Both the position numbers and the translations under genes were made by a program. From Oikopleura dioica (Eukaryota; Animalia; Chordata), in assembly GCA_907165135.1 (NCBI GenBank), contig OU015569.1, positions 5,270,001 through 5,334,000 of the forward strand: a DNA stretch of 64,000 bases, in the 5' to 3' direction. This document shows, in pieces, positions 1 through 13,000 of the stretch (positions within the stretch are counted from its first letter, which is position 1; each line of letters begins with the position of its first letter). The notes below the pieces were generated by a model. The model did not search any database. It was given only the letters and a program-made list of their open reading frames with translations, and was not told where the DNA came from.

Positions 1-626
1 AGACTGAATGAAGCCGGAATAGAAATATATTTTTTGTGATAAAAGTGTTCTTTCTATTCCTTAAACTTGAATGATTATCGGAAGAAAAACTAAAATTGCT
101 GTGGATATTTGGAGAACATAGTGTTTCCAATTAAATGAAGGTTCCGACCTTTGAGATGTCTTCTTAATTGGATAAACAAATAGAATGTATTTATTTCTAG
201 TGAGGAGACTCATTTTGTAGAGAAAACGCTTCCTGACGCCACAGTAGAACAGTAAGCAGTATTTGATGACTCTCTGGACTTTTGGATTATCCATAAAATT
301 CTCTTTAAAAATCAACGATTTAGACTGCAACGTCGAGCGCGGTTTTGTTCGGCTGAGTTTTGAAATTCAAGTGCCTTTTAGCCTAAGTGCCAAGTTTTGT
401 TTCGAACATTGCCGCAGTGAAGACGGACGATTTCTAGTTTGCATAAGAACGCGCTTGAGTGAGGATCTTTTTATTAGAGGAATATCGACAAGGGCAGGAT
501 TCTCTAACAGCAGTCAGATTCTGTACAGGAGTGACTTTCTGCGAGCTGAACTCTTTTTTGGCTTCGCGCGTCAAATCACGGAATATCATTATATAATTGG
601 TATGTGCAAGTGCGTCTTCGTTGATT

Positions 627-3146
627 TCAAGGCTTTCCTTGAGTCTTGCTCCTTTTAGAGCTCTCGGCTGGACTCGTCCACTCCTCGATTCCCAGCTCGT
701 GTGCACTCTCTTCCAGTGGCCTCCAGAAGGTATCGCGAGTGCGCGGGAATGCGCGGAGCAAGACATTGAATAGAGGTAGCACGCAATTGCGATGAAAGTT
801 GAACTGCTGCTGCTCGCGAGGAATTTCAATTTCGCTTTGAGGAATATTGAGTGATGTTGCCAATTCCTGAACAATCAGTGAATTTCCGAAGAAAAACCGA
901 GAAATACCTTTTCCATGTTCATTTCTTGATAAAGTGAGTCCACGATTTTCTGAGCAATCGGTTTGGGGCGGACTTCGTTCGAGATGTCAGCGCATTTTAG
1001 AAAAAGCTTGAGGGTTTCGTCGGTGCTGAGCGAGTCTTTTTTGGAAGCAGAAGCAATGAATTCTGGCTGCTTGGCCATATCCGTGCAAAGGATTAAGTCT
1101 TTGATCCTTCTTAGCAGATTGCTCTTTCTTTAACAAAAATTAAATCTCACTTTCTTACAAATGTTTGGCCATACTTGTCCAGGACATTCGTGAAAATGTC
1201 GTTGTCGCGGTGGTGGAGAATCTTACACAGCGTTGAAAAATGGTGATGCTCCAGCGTGCCGGAATCCCCGTAGAGGATATACAGAGCGTCGCACGAGTTT
1301 TTGAGAAAGCTGTTCGCAACTCCTGGGTGGTCTCCCAGCGGGCTCACAAAAGCTCTACTCTCTATATTTTTTTAGAAATTCTTCATGAACCGCTTCCTAC
1401 GTCGTGGCAAATGGCGGCGAAGATGAGCACACCCCAGGAATCGAGGTCCAGGTGCAAGTCGGATTTGAGCAGCTCGAGCAGCGAATAGACGATTTGCGTC
1501 ACACAAAAGGCATGTCGAAAGTTGTGATAGGGATTGGCTGATAAGAACGGTTAGACCACGCTGGGCTAGACCAGAGCTTTGGTGAAGTGTTTTCAAGTAC
1601 TTCTTAGGAATTTTTACCTCGATAGTTGGACTTGACTGTGAGAAGGAAGTGTCCCAGCCGATCCGTGGAAATCTTCCAATGGCTTATGACGCCCGCAGTA
1701 TCGAGCATCTCTGTGATAACGGACACAAGACCATCTTCATCGTACGAGAAGATAGGAAACTCCACCGAGGTGAGCTCGTGACTGTGGCCGTTTGAGTTCT
1801 CCTCTTCCTAAAGGAACATTAGCTGTTTGAATGTGTTGAGCCCACTGATAAAAATTGAAATAATGATCAGTTTTTGGATCCGTCGAGAGAGCGAGAAAAT
1901 AAAGAAAGGCGATCTATCACTTCTTTGATCTGACCGTAAACACGATTTATCGCCTCTCGCTCTTTTCAGATCTGTTAAGCTCTCTTTCTTCTTTCGATGG
2001 GAGTGCATTCTACAGACATTTAAAGTTAGACTTTCATTAAATTATACACCTAAATAAGGACCTTCTCTCTATTCTAACATTTTCTAGTCATCTTCTAAGC
2101 TACAGAAAGAAGCAATTAGACCGAAAAAAGACAAGAGCCAAAATGTGCCTTGTCATCGTTATTTCTAGCTTGACGAGCGATTTAATTATAATAATCACAC
2201 CTCTTTGGTCGATTTACTTCCGGGCAGTAGTGGCGGCTCTGTGGCGTCTTCCTGCCGGCCCATTCCTCCCGGATGGGGTCTCTTGAGAGTTCCTTTCTTT
2301 TGTTGTTTGGTAGATCGATTTCCTTGTGGCGAGGGCGATGATGCGGGGCGAAAATCAATTCTTCCCAATTTAGCCGATTCAACTCTGAACAATGCGCCAA
2401 TTAGTTAGACTTGGATTTCAATTCAAAAAAATTTAAAAGTCTGTGAAGTGCTTCGTGCTCTATGTGTTTCGCGCAGGTGCAGCCTGGTGCAGACTCTGTC
2501 TCTGCGATTTCAAAGCGATTCGACTCCCAAACTTGGCCTGGCTCTCGTGAACCGCGGGTCTGCCTCAAGTGATGAAATTCAATAAGCTAACAACTTTAAT
2601 GATGAATGGAACTTACTCTCATCCTCCTCCTTTCCCGATTCCGAACGACCTTTTCCAACACAATTATTATATAAATCTCTAAGAAATAAATGTTAATATT
2701 TCTCAGCAATCAGAATAATTTTTTTGGCCGATGTTCCTACTTTAACTTCATTACTTCTTTATATTACAGTTTTATGCGGCTGTCCGTACTCGATCTCTAC
2801 AATAGTAAAACGAGCAAATCTTCCGCGTGGTCGCTTTCGACTTCTTCAAAAAATCGATTCTGAAACGTCACTTTCTCTTTTTTAGATTGCTCAATCTTTA
2901 TGTTTAAAATACCTCTCAGTATATATTAAAAGCAAAGATAGAGCTAATTGTGCGAGAGAAAGAGAGAGTATTCTGACGCCTAATCATAATTGTAGATATG
3001 GGATTGAAGTAACTGTAACTTGCGACAAAGAAATTCGAGGTAGGACTTGACGCTGGCGTGGACTTGGTTTTGGCTAACCTGGCAACGACTCGCCTAGGGC
3101 AAGGTCTTCTCCGTCCGTCAACCGAAGCAATAACTGGCAGTGACAT
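627..3146 (-). CDS. PDE9A: PDE9-like cyclic nucleotide phosphodiesterase (multi-exon; catalytic exons 627-1807, exons upstream of 1807 uncertain)
   Basis: Hand-spliced exons give NPYHNFRHAFCVTQ, AAICHDVDHPGVANSFL, LEHHH, LILCTDM, KCADISNEVRP and QFNFHRNCVLPLF. These are PDEase-I motifs, and DISNEVRP is typical of PDE9. Candidate first exon MSLPVIASVDG at 3146 is tentative. Confidence 0.78.
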
Positions 3147-4641
3147 TTCTCTGTCTCTCCAGCGATGAATAATTCAGCAGTAGAAGAACAGTAGCCCGCG
3201 CGGCGGCAACTTGGCTACAGAAAAAACGTCACTTACACGCTCTGGCTCTAACTCCAGCCGTAAAAATTAGTGAGCTGGCCATTTGCACGGTCACAGCACG
3301 TTATTTATAGTGAGCGAGTGATACTCCTGCAAATTTTTTCCACTTTCAATTTTCCCCAGGAAGAAATCAACGTCAGCCCAGTCGGGCAAGCGTCATCGCT
3401 GGCCGTCATGGAAAAGGCTAATTTGGGAGCTAGAGTCAAGCCCGAGCCAAGCCATTCCAGCGCTATCGTTATTCTCTGCCCATTTTATAATTAAGTTTTA
3501 TAAGTAAATAGCCGCATGCAGCTCGCCAGAAGTATGAGATTTTCAAAAGCACTCACTGATTCTAAAAAAGTCTTAAAAATTGTTGTTATATATATATAAA
3601 CGGAGCGAATATAAAATGAAATTTCCAAATATTAAAATATTATAAATCCTCTTATAGGTAGGCCTCGATGTATCTTTAATAAAAGCGAGCGTTTATGATC
3701 AGCTTCCTATTTTTTGTCTGAGCCTTTTGTTTGACGAAGCTGCCGTTTTCTTGACTTTCAGTTGATTCTTATTCTTCTAGCTATCTCTAGTTATTTTTTG
3801 AGGTCTCTGAGCGAGGTGTCTGATTTTTAATGAATAGAAGGGGGGTCAACTTCCTCCGTGATTTTAGTAACTTGGTGATAGTAAACGGAGCCAGGCGAGT
3901 AGTATTCAAAAGGGCAGAAAGAGCTAAGTCGCGAGCTCCGTAGGGGCCACCTATGCTGTTCAGGCCAATTGGTCACTCCAATTTTAGCAGATTAGGTAAA
4001 TGTGACTCAGTTACCCCAGTGTGCCGCCCAGCGAGTCACAACTCATCCCAGCTCACTTCTCTTACTCACGTGCTTCACGCAATACTGGAATTTGGTAAAG
4101 TTACCTGTTCGACTGCATAGTTCGTTTGAGATTCTCTTGATCAGGAAAACTGCTTGTGGGGAATGGAGATTTGCGAATTATATAGTCCACCGCGGAGCCG
4201 ATAGCTCGATTTATTATATTTATTAATCCTCTGATGTGTCAGATGCTAGCCGATAAAAACTGTCCCCGCTCTTCTCATGAACCTGTTAATTAAAACTGTA
4301 TGCTGGACATTGGCCATCGAACTGCCAAATCTAGCGCCTCTTACTTTCAATAATAACGAATTTACTTTGTTACGTGTATATTTATGTAGACTCCTTGTGT
4401 TTGCATTTAATCTTGAGCTTTTTTCATCAAGACTAACTTGAATAACAAAACTACAGGTAAGCATAGAGATTCTTCAAATTCTGACGTCCGTAACTTTCGC
4501 GTAAAATTCTAAATGAAACTCAAAAAAATTAATCTTCAGCCACGAATATGTTTTATTTACATTAAAAATATAAGTTCGGCTGCGTGTTACAGTTTTTTTA
4601 TAAATGACTTCAGAAAATTAAAAAAGTATAAGATGCCAAGT

Positions 4642-6122
4642 TTAGCAACTGGAGCATGGCTTCGCCACACATCCGCAACAACCGCAGAGAAAGCATATTA
4701 AGATCCAAATGACTGAGAGCACGAGCAGCGATAGTACCACAGCGATAGCTGCTATCGAGCCAGTCGCTACGGTAGAAAAATGCGTCAAATTTCATAAAGA
4801 ATTATTCTGTACTCACCCAGGTCGCAGTTTCCGGTGGATTCATTGAGAACCTGGCCAAATGGACACGAATCACTTGAAGAGCTGTTTGTCTGAATTCATA
4901 TTTTATTAGATACAGTAAATACCGCTGGTCTGGGACGGTCCTAATTCACGAAAGCGTCCCAAACCAGCAGGATTTTCGCTTTCGACTCTCGGGCGCCACT
5001 TTCGCTTTCCGGGTAAAGCGGTCAGTTTAAAAACACTCGCCGTGGGCGCTTGCCTTTGATCCTTATTTTGCCCGACCGTCCCAAACTAGCACGATTTTTG
5101 AGCGTCCCAAACCAGCGGTATTTACTGTAGTTGACGGAAAAATCACTTCAGGTGAGGCCTAGAGTTTATAAAAGTCTTTAACTTTAGGAATTTTGTGATT
5201 TGAGATTTTGTATAAGAAATTATGCATACGGTTGCTGCTGTTGTCGTCGATTTTGTTGTCGTTGTCGACGTGGTTGTTATTATTCTTGTTGTTGTGGTGG
5301 TGACTTTATTTGTTGTCGTTGTTGAGACTTGTCGTGGAGTTGTGTCTGCTGTGTCAAAGAACCCAGATTCAACATTATTATTGTCGGTATTAAAATTGAG
5401 GCTGATCGTTGAAAAATCAGTCTTTGTTGTTGGAGCTTGAGTGCTCGTTGTTGTCGGATTGCCGTCGTCGTTCTCGCACTGTGTTTGCCCTGTACATTGA
5501 CGGCATCGTTCTCGTTGATTTGCTTGGCAACTTGAATCGCTGCAGGTACTCCATTCCTGCCATTCTTGGCATGTTTCTACAGGAAATGAACAAGGTGGGT
5601 TGCATTGTTTTGATTCTTGAGCTTGGCCTGAGCATCCGTCTTCCCCAGGCACGCCATTTTGACAGACTCGTTGTCTTATCTGACTTCCCAGTCCACAGCT
5701 TACGGAGCAAGTGCTCCATGTGGACCAGGTCGCCCATGAACGATAAGGCACGCAGTCCCAATCATTACTTCCTCTTACGCGTTAGAACATCATTTTCAAA
5801 GTTTGGAAGGAAAATTTAGTCAAGGAAACGCTTTCCTGAAGCAAAAATCGATTCCTCGCAATAATTTGATAATGGGCAACCGGTCAATGTCTGCGAATTA
5901 ATCTCATGTCTACAGGATGTTTCGTCATCTACAAATGCACAGTTATCATCTCTTAAATTTTACGATTTATAAGAGGAATTCTTCATTCTTGCGGTTAACT
6001 CAACTTACTTTTTTCGCACTGCAGTTGGTACTTCAAAACATTATCCTCTCTTAAAGTATGGCATACTTCTCCCGCAACGCATGCCGAGCAACTATCAATA
6101 ATACTTTGTTGTGCATTTGTAG
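4642..6122 (-). CDS. Single-pass membrane protein: Cys-rich N-terminus, 2 thrombospondin type-1 repeats, Thr-rich mucin stalk, TM helix, Cys-rich tail (5' end not found)
   Basis: WATWSTWSTCSVSCGLGSQIRQRVC and WQEWSTCS (TSR motifs), then a TTTTT-rich stretch. GT-AG exons at 4889-4817 and 4769-4642 give SCPFGQVLNESTGNCDL-ATGSIAAIAVVLSLLVLSVIWILICFLCGCCGCVAKPCSSC-stop. Confidence 0.72.
4913..5127. mobile_element. Tc1/mariner-type MITE (215 bp) in an intron of the TSP1 gene
   Basis: TIR CAGTAAATACCGCTGGT(C/T)TGGGACG at 4913 and its reverse complement ending at 5127; TA on both flanks (4911-12, 5128-29). Confidence 0.85.
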
Positions 6123-6557
6123 CTGTTAGAAAAATAAAGAAAAACATATTTCGAAGAACTAAGAATAATAGAAAATAGACGAACCTGTTTTACGTTTTGA
6201 TGATTCTACAAAGCTTATTTTCCCAGATCATAAAAGACAGGTCGGGGGAAACGTTTTTACGGGCTCATAATGTTAGTTAATTACTCGCATTCATCAGCCG
6301 CAAGTTACTTAAGGACTCTTAGGAGGAGTATTACTAATACCGTATGTCATAGAATTTGCAATTCAGGAATATTTTTTTAAGTGTTTATGATTTTAATAAA
6401 AGAAGACGTGCAAGCCGCAGTGAACAGAAAAACGCGTGTGTGTTTTTCGAATAAACCTCGAAATTGAGCTCTAGAGTGCTTTTGTGAGAGACGTAGCTGT
6501 TTTCTTTCTGAATTATAGACCCGCACGAGGGATCAAGATGAACGAATTCAGAATAAA

Positions 6558-7181
6558 TGAGATACAGTTGTCTTTGCTTTGTTCTTTTTCTTTTCGCACT
6601 CTGACATGGATCTACCGCGCGATTAACCACATCCCCGTGCCTTTTTTCTCGAACACTTCGTACGAAAAACGATGATCCTCATTCCTGGAAAGAGAGAAAT
6701 CATGGGCCTCATTCAAAACGAACACAAATTGAAGGGTCAAGCAAAACTTATACAGGGCGGTATTCAAAAGTCTTTTGACAAGTTTCTAACGTTAAAGGAT
6801 CGCCAAATTCGTTGGTATTTTTTCCAGAATTCTTTTGCATACGCCTGTTCGGAGCATTACCCAGACGATCTTCCGTCTTATCTTGACCCGAGATGGAAAG
6901 ATGATAGGCAACAGGGAGCGAAAATATACTTGAATCTAAATCGAAGCTCAGAATATTTGTAAGAAAGCGTAAACCTGAGCTTCTTTCAGTCTCTTCTTCT
7001 TTATGATGCCGCTTATTCCCGTAAGTAAATTTGAAAAGCGCAAGAAATGATTTCTACTCAGATGGTGATAATCATATGCATGCTGTGCAGGTTCAACTGG
7101 GAAGCACGGAGACAAAGCAAACTGGCAGAGTCGGGCGTCGTCGAGGTAAACGAGCTCGCAGCCAGTGAGAACGATATCTAA
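6558..7181 (+). CDS. Putative small spliced membrane protein of unknown function
   Basis: Two short GT-AG introns (6959-6989, 7021-7061) keep one frame: ...RSSEYF-LFFFMMPLIP-MVIIICMLCRFNWEARRQ...DI-stop. AATAAA follows near 7285. The 5' part needs frameshifts and no family was recognised. Confidence 0.3.
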
Positions 7182-7447
7182 GGTCATCACCAATAACGGC
7201 ACGAAGGTTTCCGTTGCTGATGTCTGACTTTTTATACAATGCCCTGCGTGCGTTCTTCCTCAGCTACCGCTTTCTTGAATTATTAATAAAACAAAAACTC
7301 TTCGCTGATTTCTTGTAGCTACTTTGGAAAAGAAGATACTCTTCTAAATCACTTTTTAGAAGATTTTTCTCGGATATTTTTTTGATTATTGAAATTTTTC
7401 TTTGTGCCATTTTTTTTTAATTCTCTCTCAGTTTTCCATAAGTCGGT

Positions 7448-8308
7448 CTATGATGGTTTAGCTGGAGAGTTCTGAACTTCGTTGATCATCATGGAAACCA
7501 TCTTATCGCATAGCTTTGCGATAGGGTTCAGTTTCACCATCTAAAAAATTCTATTTTCAAGAAACGAAAAGTCGTAAATTCAAAAAGAGTAAAACTATAA
7601 GTAAAAATTTCGTGCGAATCCTGCATAATGCAATTTGCAAGAATTAAAATATAAAGGAAATTACCATATATAAAAATTCTCTACAAACCTGGGAAGCTGC
7701 GAACTCAGAACCAAGTGCAGCAGCCTTTTCGAAGTCAGCAAGCGCTCCTTTCTCGTCGAGCTTGAGTTGTTTTAACAGCGCTCGTTGAAGAAATGCCTGG
7801 CAAGCGACGCTCCCTTTTCCTTGGCTGAGCTCTATTGCTTTGTCGAGCGAGCGGAAGGCGAGTTGGTCCTTCTTCAGAAGGCGGTAAGCCTGCGCAGTAT
7901 CGTTGAAAGCTCCGGGATGGACTGGCAGCAGTTCTGTACGTTTAATTGAATTAATGAGGGGCACATGATTAACGCACCTTTTGCGCGCTCAAAAACAACG
8001 AGCGCATCCGCCGCCACCGCCGAAATTTGAGAATCGTCCATGCCCACCGCGAAATTGATGGCTTCTATCTTCCGAATCCCCTCAACCAGAAGATTTTTGT
8101 AAGTTCTCAGCTCGTCAGCATCAAACTGGGACTCAAACTGTAACAAGGTTCGCTTGGCCTCGGCTCGTTGCGCCGCACGAGACTTGATTGCGTCGAACGG
8201 CTATCAATTGAAATCAAGGAAGAGAAAACTCAAAACTCAAACCTGAGACGGGTCCAACAAGAGGGAGAGCACGTTTTGGTCTCCTTCTGAAATTTCTTTC
8301 CTCGTCAT
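7448..8308 (-). CDS. TTC36: Tetratricopeptide repeat protein 36
   Basis: AFNDTAQAYRLL...LDKAIELSQGKGSVACQAFLQRALL...DFEKAAALGSEFAASQ-MVKLNPIAKLCDKM matches the TTC36 pattern. ATG 8308, TAG 7448, GT-AG introns. Confidence 0.9.
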
Positions 8309-10077
8309 TTCTCAATTGTCTCTTTTATTTATTTTGATGAATTTTACGAAAGCCTTGGGCGTGTCAAACCAAGCCTTGGCAATCATTAATTACGATTAGA
8401 TTATACATGAGTCATACTTTTGATCAAACTTGTGTCAATCAAAGAATTTTAAATATTACATCTTGAAAATCAGACATTCATCCTCCTATGAAGTTAAAAA
8501 AATAGGTCATATCGGTAAATACGCACACCGGTACCATTGAGCTTCGCGGATTAAGAGTGTTTTGGTTTTGTTTGCTCGGGTGGGCAAAGATAATTAATTT
8601 CGAAAAATTAAAACACAATTGAAATTAAAATAACCGAATTAGCGCTAAAAAGGCCGGATCAGAAGACAATGGGCGACGCGATGCTCCGTTGGAACTCATA
8701 AGGCCGAGGCTATTAAAAGCCATTCACAATCACTGAAAAGATCGTGGCAAGCTTGATTGGGGAGATTCGAATTAATGGCGGAAATTATACCGCACTCGGC
8801 TCTGATGCGTAATAACGTTGGTGGTGCGCGGTGGAGTTTGCGCAGTGAATTTGTCCAGGTGCAGCCGCCGCGTTAATTCGTTTTAACTCTCCCTATTCCG
8901 TCCAGACTGATGATTGTCGCTTAATTTGATTGCGGGCGCAGCGCAAGACACCTCCAATCGTGCAAATATAATATATTATAATGGGATAGATTAATAATTA
9001 CCAACAGCTGCGTGTCTTTTTAATCTCCGAAGCCAAGCGGACAAAAACCAGAATTCCCAGGCCCGACATTTTTGAATTTTAATATTAAAAAAGTTAAATT
9101 CTAGTCAAAATTAAAAAAAAGTTGCCCGACGTAATTCTTCAGTTAATAAGCTCGATAAATGTTATAAATAAAAAGATAGCCTCAAAGAATATTTTTGATG
9201 AAAGAATATTGCACAAGAAGCTCTTTTTAGAGTCTAAAATTTAGACTGATAATTAGCAACAAAAAAAACGCACCCTGAAAGTTGGTATAATTTTGCGGGA
9301 ATAATTGAATGTTATCAATCGGCTTTGCGAAACAAAAATTATTTAATTTTGCAAATAATTGTTTTCTCAGCTCTTCCTGTGCCCTGCACTGTACCCACGT
9401 GCCGGACGGGAGAATAAAGCGTATGTTTGGTGCTTGCCACGGGTTATTAATTCTCTAAGCGCTGCTCAGCCTTGCGGGAGTACTGCTTTGCTTCTCGGCC
9501 GATTGATGTTGCTGTACTGCGGTCGGAAAGGGTAATTAGTCGTCCGTAGAATGTGCAATTAAGGGATAATTAGTACTTTCTTCCGGCGCAGCCACTTCAA
9601 CTTCTACTTTCGATACACGTGTCATTCATTCAACAGATAACAACTCAGCAGCTCCGGAAAACTCCAAATATCTGAAGGGTGTCAATACCGGAAGTCTCAA
9701 ATCATTTTGGAGAAAGTGGTTTCGCCTATAAACGAGTTACCTGTTCAATTTGAAGTTCGTCGTTTTAGATGAAGAGTGTAATCAGTGCCTGGTGGAATGT
9801 TGTGGATACCATTGGCTAAAGAGTCGGACTGGCTTGATGTTGATTTCCGGCGCTAATTGGGGAGGATTTGGCGGCGCGGTGGTCTCGGGCGCCCTCTTAT
9901 TCCTCCGCGCGCGCCACAAAATTCTTCGTTTTCGAAAAAATGAAAAAAATTAAAAATGACCGTGGTAGTAGCTCGTTAACGATCCAGTGATAAAGGATCT
10001 TATCACTGCTCCAGAGATATACATTCAGTCAGAGAGACAGAAAGAGAGACAGAGCGCGCCAGTCCCATGGGGGAAGG

Positions 10078-13000
10078 ATGATGGAGAACGCCGCGCTGGA
10101 AGAGCAACCTCGCCCGCTCGAGCCTACTGTAGCTCCCGCTGAGGGAGACATACAGACAGAGACGCAGACAGAATCTCTCCTTAGCGGCATGCCCCCTTCT
10201 TCAGTTCTAGAGCAGTCTCCGGCGACCCCAGCAAGTAGCTCCCTCCAAAACAGTAATACGTATGTAGTACTAACTCATCTTCGGACTCTATTGATTACGA
10301 TTCGGTTACGATTTGCGTGTTATTGTCGGAGTAAACTCTAAGAAGGGCAGATCGATCAGTGGCAGAGCACTGGCAGGGCGGTGATTAATCCAAATTAAAA
10401 TAATTAGAAGCACTTTGGCAATTAGTTGATTAATACTCGCGCAATTATCTTAATTCCGCGCCAATTACAACAGATAAACCTGTAGAGAGAAAAAGAATGA
10501 GCTCGACTAGAACTCAACTGGCGAGCTCGTTTCTGCCGAGCAGCTAATCAAGTTACGGCTAATTGGATGATCTAATCAGCAACGTTGAGTCGTACTCCGC
10601 CGAGAAAAGCTCTCAACACCAAAAATATACTTCTCTGGTGGAGCTGTTTGTTGACAAATGATAGTTCTACACAACTAAAAATACTATACCTTCATCATTA
10701 TTTCAGTTCTCGCACCACTTTTGAAATCAATAATTTAAGCTCATCTTGCTTATAAGTTATAACAAAATTGATTGAAAATTTTACTTACTAATAGGAATCT
10801 TACAATGCCATTCTTAAGATTCGCCCTTTCAAATGCCATATGTAAAAGTGTATTCGACCACAAAAGTCCAAAATGCGTTTGTGGATTCCGGAGTTGGTTA
10901 AAATCGACCACACGATCATTTTGCGTCTAATTTTACTTTTACTCATGTTTTGTGATGATGATTGGCTTTTTCAGCATTCTGCAGAGTCAGAAGAACGCAG
11001 ACAAGACCCTCAAATGTCCAAAGTGCAACTGGCATTACAAATACATCGAGACGCTAGAAGCCCATATTAGGGAGAAACACTCAGAAGATCTTCTTCCAGG
11101 GAACGGCCGCTAAGATTTTTACGATTTTTCTCTATTTTCTATTATTGCATAAGCTTTTTCTTAAAAAGTCGACATAGAAGCATATTTTCAATTCATATTT
11201 TCAATTGATCAGAATTTACAGTGATTATTTTTGAAGAAAATCATTATTTTTGACGCTTTTTCGTGAACTTATTCTAGGAATCTCGAAAGTCTATTCTGCT
11301 TAGTTTCATGAAATAGACAATAATTAAAAGGATATTATATGTATTCGTACGATAACTTTTTCGCTGAATACTCGAACTCGATCGTAGATGAAATTATTGA
11401 AAAAGTCGTATTTCCTTTCCAAGGTGAATGCGAGCTTGGCTAATTGATTAATTAGGCAACTTAGAGAGACGATAATTAGATAATGATTAATTTATTAAGT
11501 TAAGTAATGCGAGCCTGGCTCGACGGCGGAAAGAAACGTACCAAGATCAATATTTAACGACGAAATTGTGAAAAGCGTGTTAATTGAAATTTGCTCAATT
11601 TTTAATTGGATCATTAATTCGCCACCGCCGGGCTCACCCGCCGCGGGCAAGTTTCAGAAAAAATAGTGTAATTTATGCAGCCGCGCCAAGATGCGAACAA
11701 CTCGAATTGCCGCTTTTGCCGCGAAGGAAGGAAAGGTTCACTAAAGAGACATCTTACTGTGTGTTTTTTATTTTGCATTTCATAAATATTGGGGTTCAAG
11801 TTTAATTGGTTAATTAAGTTAAGATGGTTCGAGTCTGGAATGTAGATATTGCTGAGAAATGAATTTCTTTACAAGAACTTGAATGGCTAATTTTATTTTC
11901 ACACACTAGTTTTGATATCAATAAAAAACTTAACGAATGCTTAGGATAGTCTTTTGATAGATCTTTTTACATAAATTTTTTCTATAAATTAGAGTAAGAT
12001 CTATAAATAGAAAGCAATCGCTTTCTTACCGGCTTGCAAAATCCAAGATGCGAGGGCTTTTTCCACGGAACTTTTCGTTAGGAAATCGCACCTTCAATTT
12101 TTCAATTATCAGAATTTATGATCCATTATTTATGAATCCATTATGAATATTCATTTTTCATTCGAATTTAATTTGATAATTGTTAAGAAAAAGACGGGTT
12201 TATATAAAGAGATGAGAGTATGATTATTCTCCTAATTAACACTCAATCAAATAAGTTTTACGAATCAATACCGTAATAATGAATAAAAACGTAATGGTGA
12301 ATCTTGTGGTCCGGAGTCACCCCCGTCTAGCTCGCGGAGAGTCCTACCCTTGTGGATACAAACCCTACCGCTGCGAGGTCTGTGGCTACAGCACCACCAC
12401 CAAGGGCAACCTCACAATCCACCTTCAATCAGACAAGCACAGCAACAACGTTCGAGTCCTACAAGCAGCCGGAAAACTGCCAAAGCGAATAACCGTCATG
12501 CCGGAGTCGCAACTTCATCTGAGAACGGTAAGGAAGCTAGAATTCGGTCAGTCAAAGATGAATACAGTAATGCATTGGCCAACGTTTAGTATCACTCGAT
12601 TTAATGAAGGCCGATAGCTCTTGCCGACTTGAAAGAGTCGCTTTTTCTATCGCAGCCAGTAATGATAGCTAATTAAAACCAAAGTGGCTATATAATTTGA
12701 GGTACATTGATGATCCTGCTAATCAATTCAACGGTTGAGAGATTTCTTATTTCTCTCCTCGAGGATAACTTCGTTGCCTCCCTAGTAGTAGATCGACATT
12801 CGCGACTACAACGGTGGAAGTTTACGATTTTTTAAGATTCTCCCCGAAGCGAGCGAAGAATCTTCCCGACCCTGGAAGTGTCCTCCTTGTGGATACTCTA
12901 CCGCTGTCGCGTCAAATTTAAGGATTCACCTCAGCTCAGGTAAAAATCAACAGTGTCTATATTAGTGGTTGAAAAGAGGAGGAAAGTAGTTATTCACGAT

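Noticed and set aside
61-600. Minus-strand ORFs at the window start as a further gene
   Set aside because: No recognisable motif or consistent exon chain could be built.
5772-5835. Apparent GA donor (gaaagc) in the TSP1 gene
   Set aside because: A canonical GT donor 6 nt downstream gives the same phase, and no conserved motif decides between them.
11820-11850. GGTTCGAGTC resembling a tRNA T-loop/B-box
   Set aside because: No acceptor stem, D-arm or anticodon arm around it.
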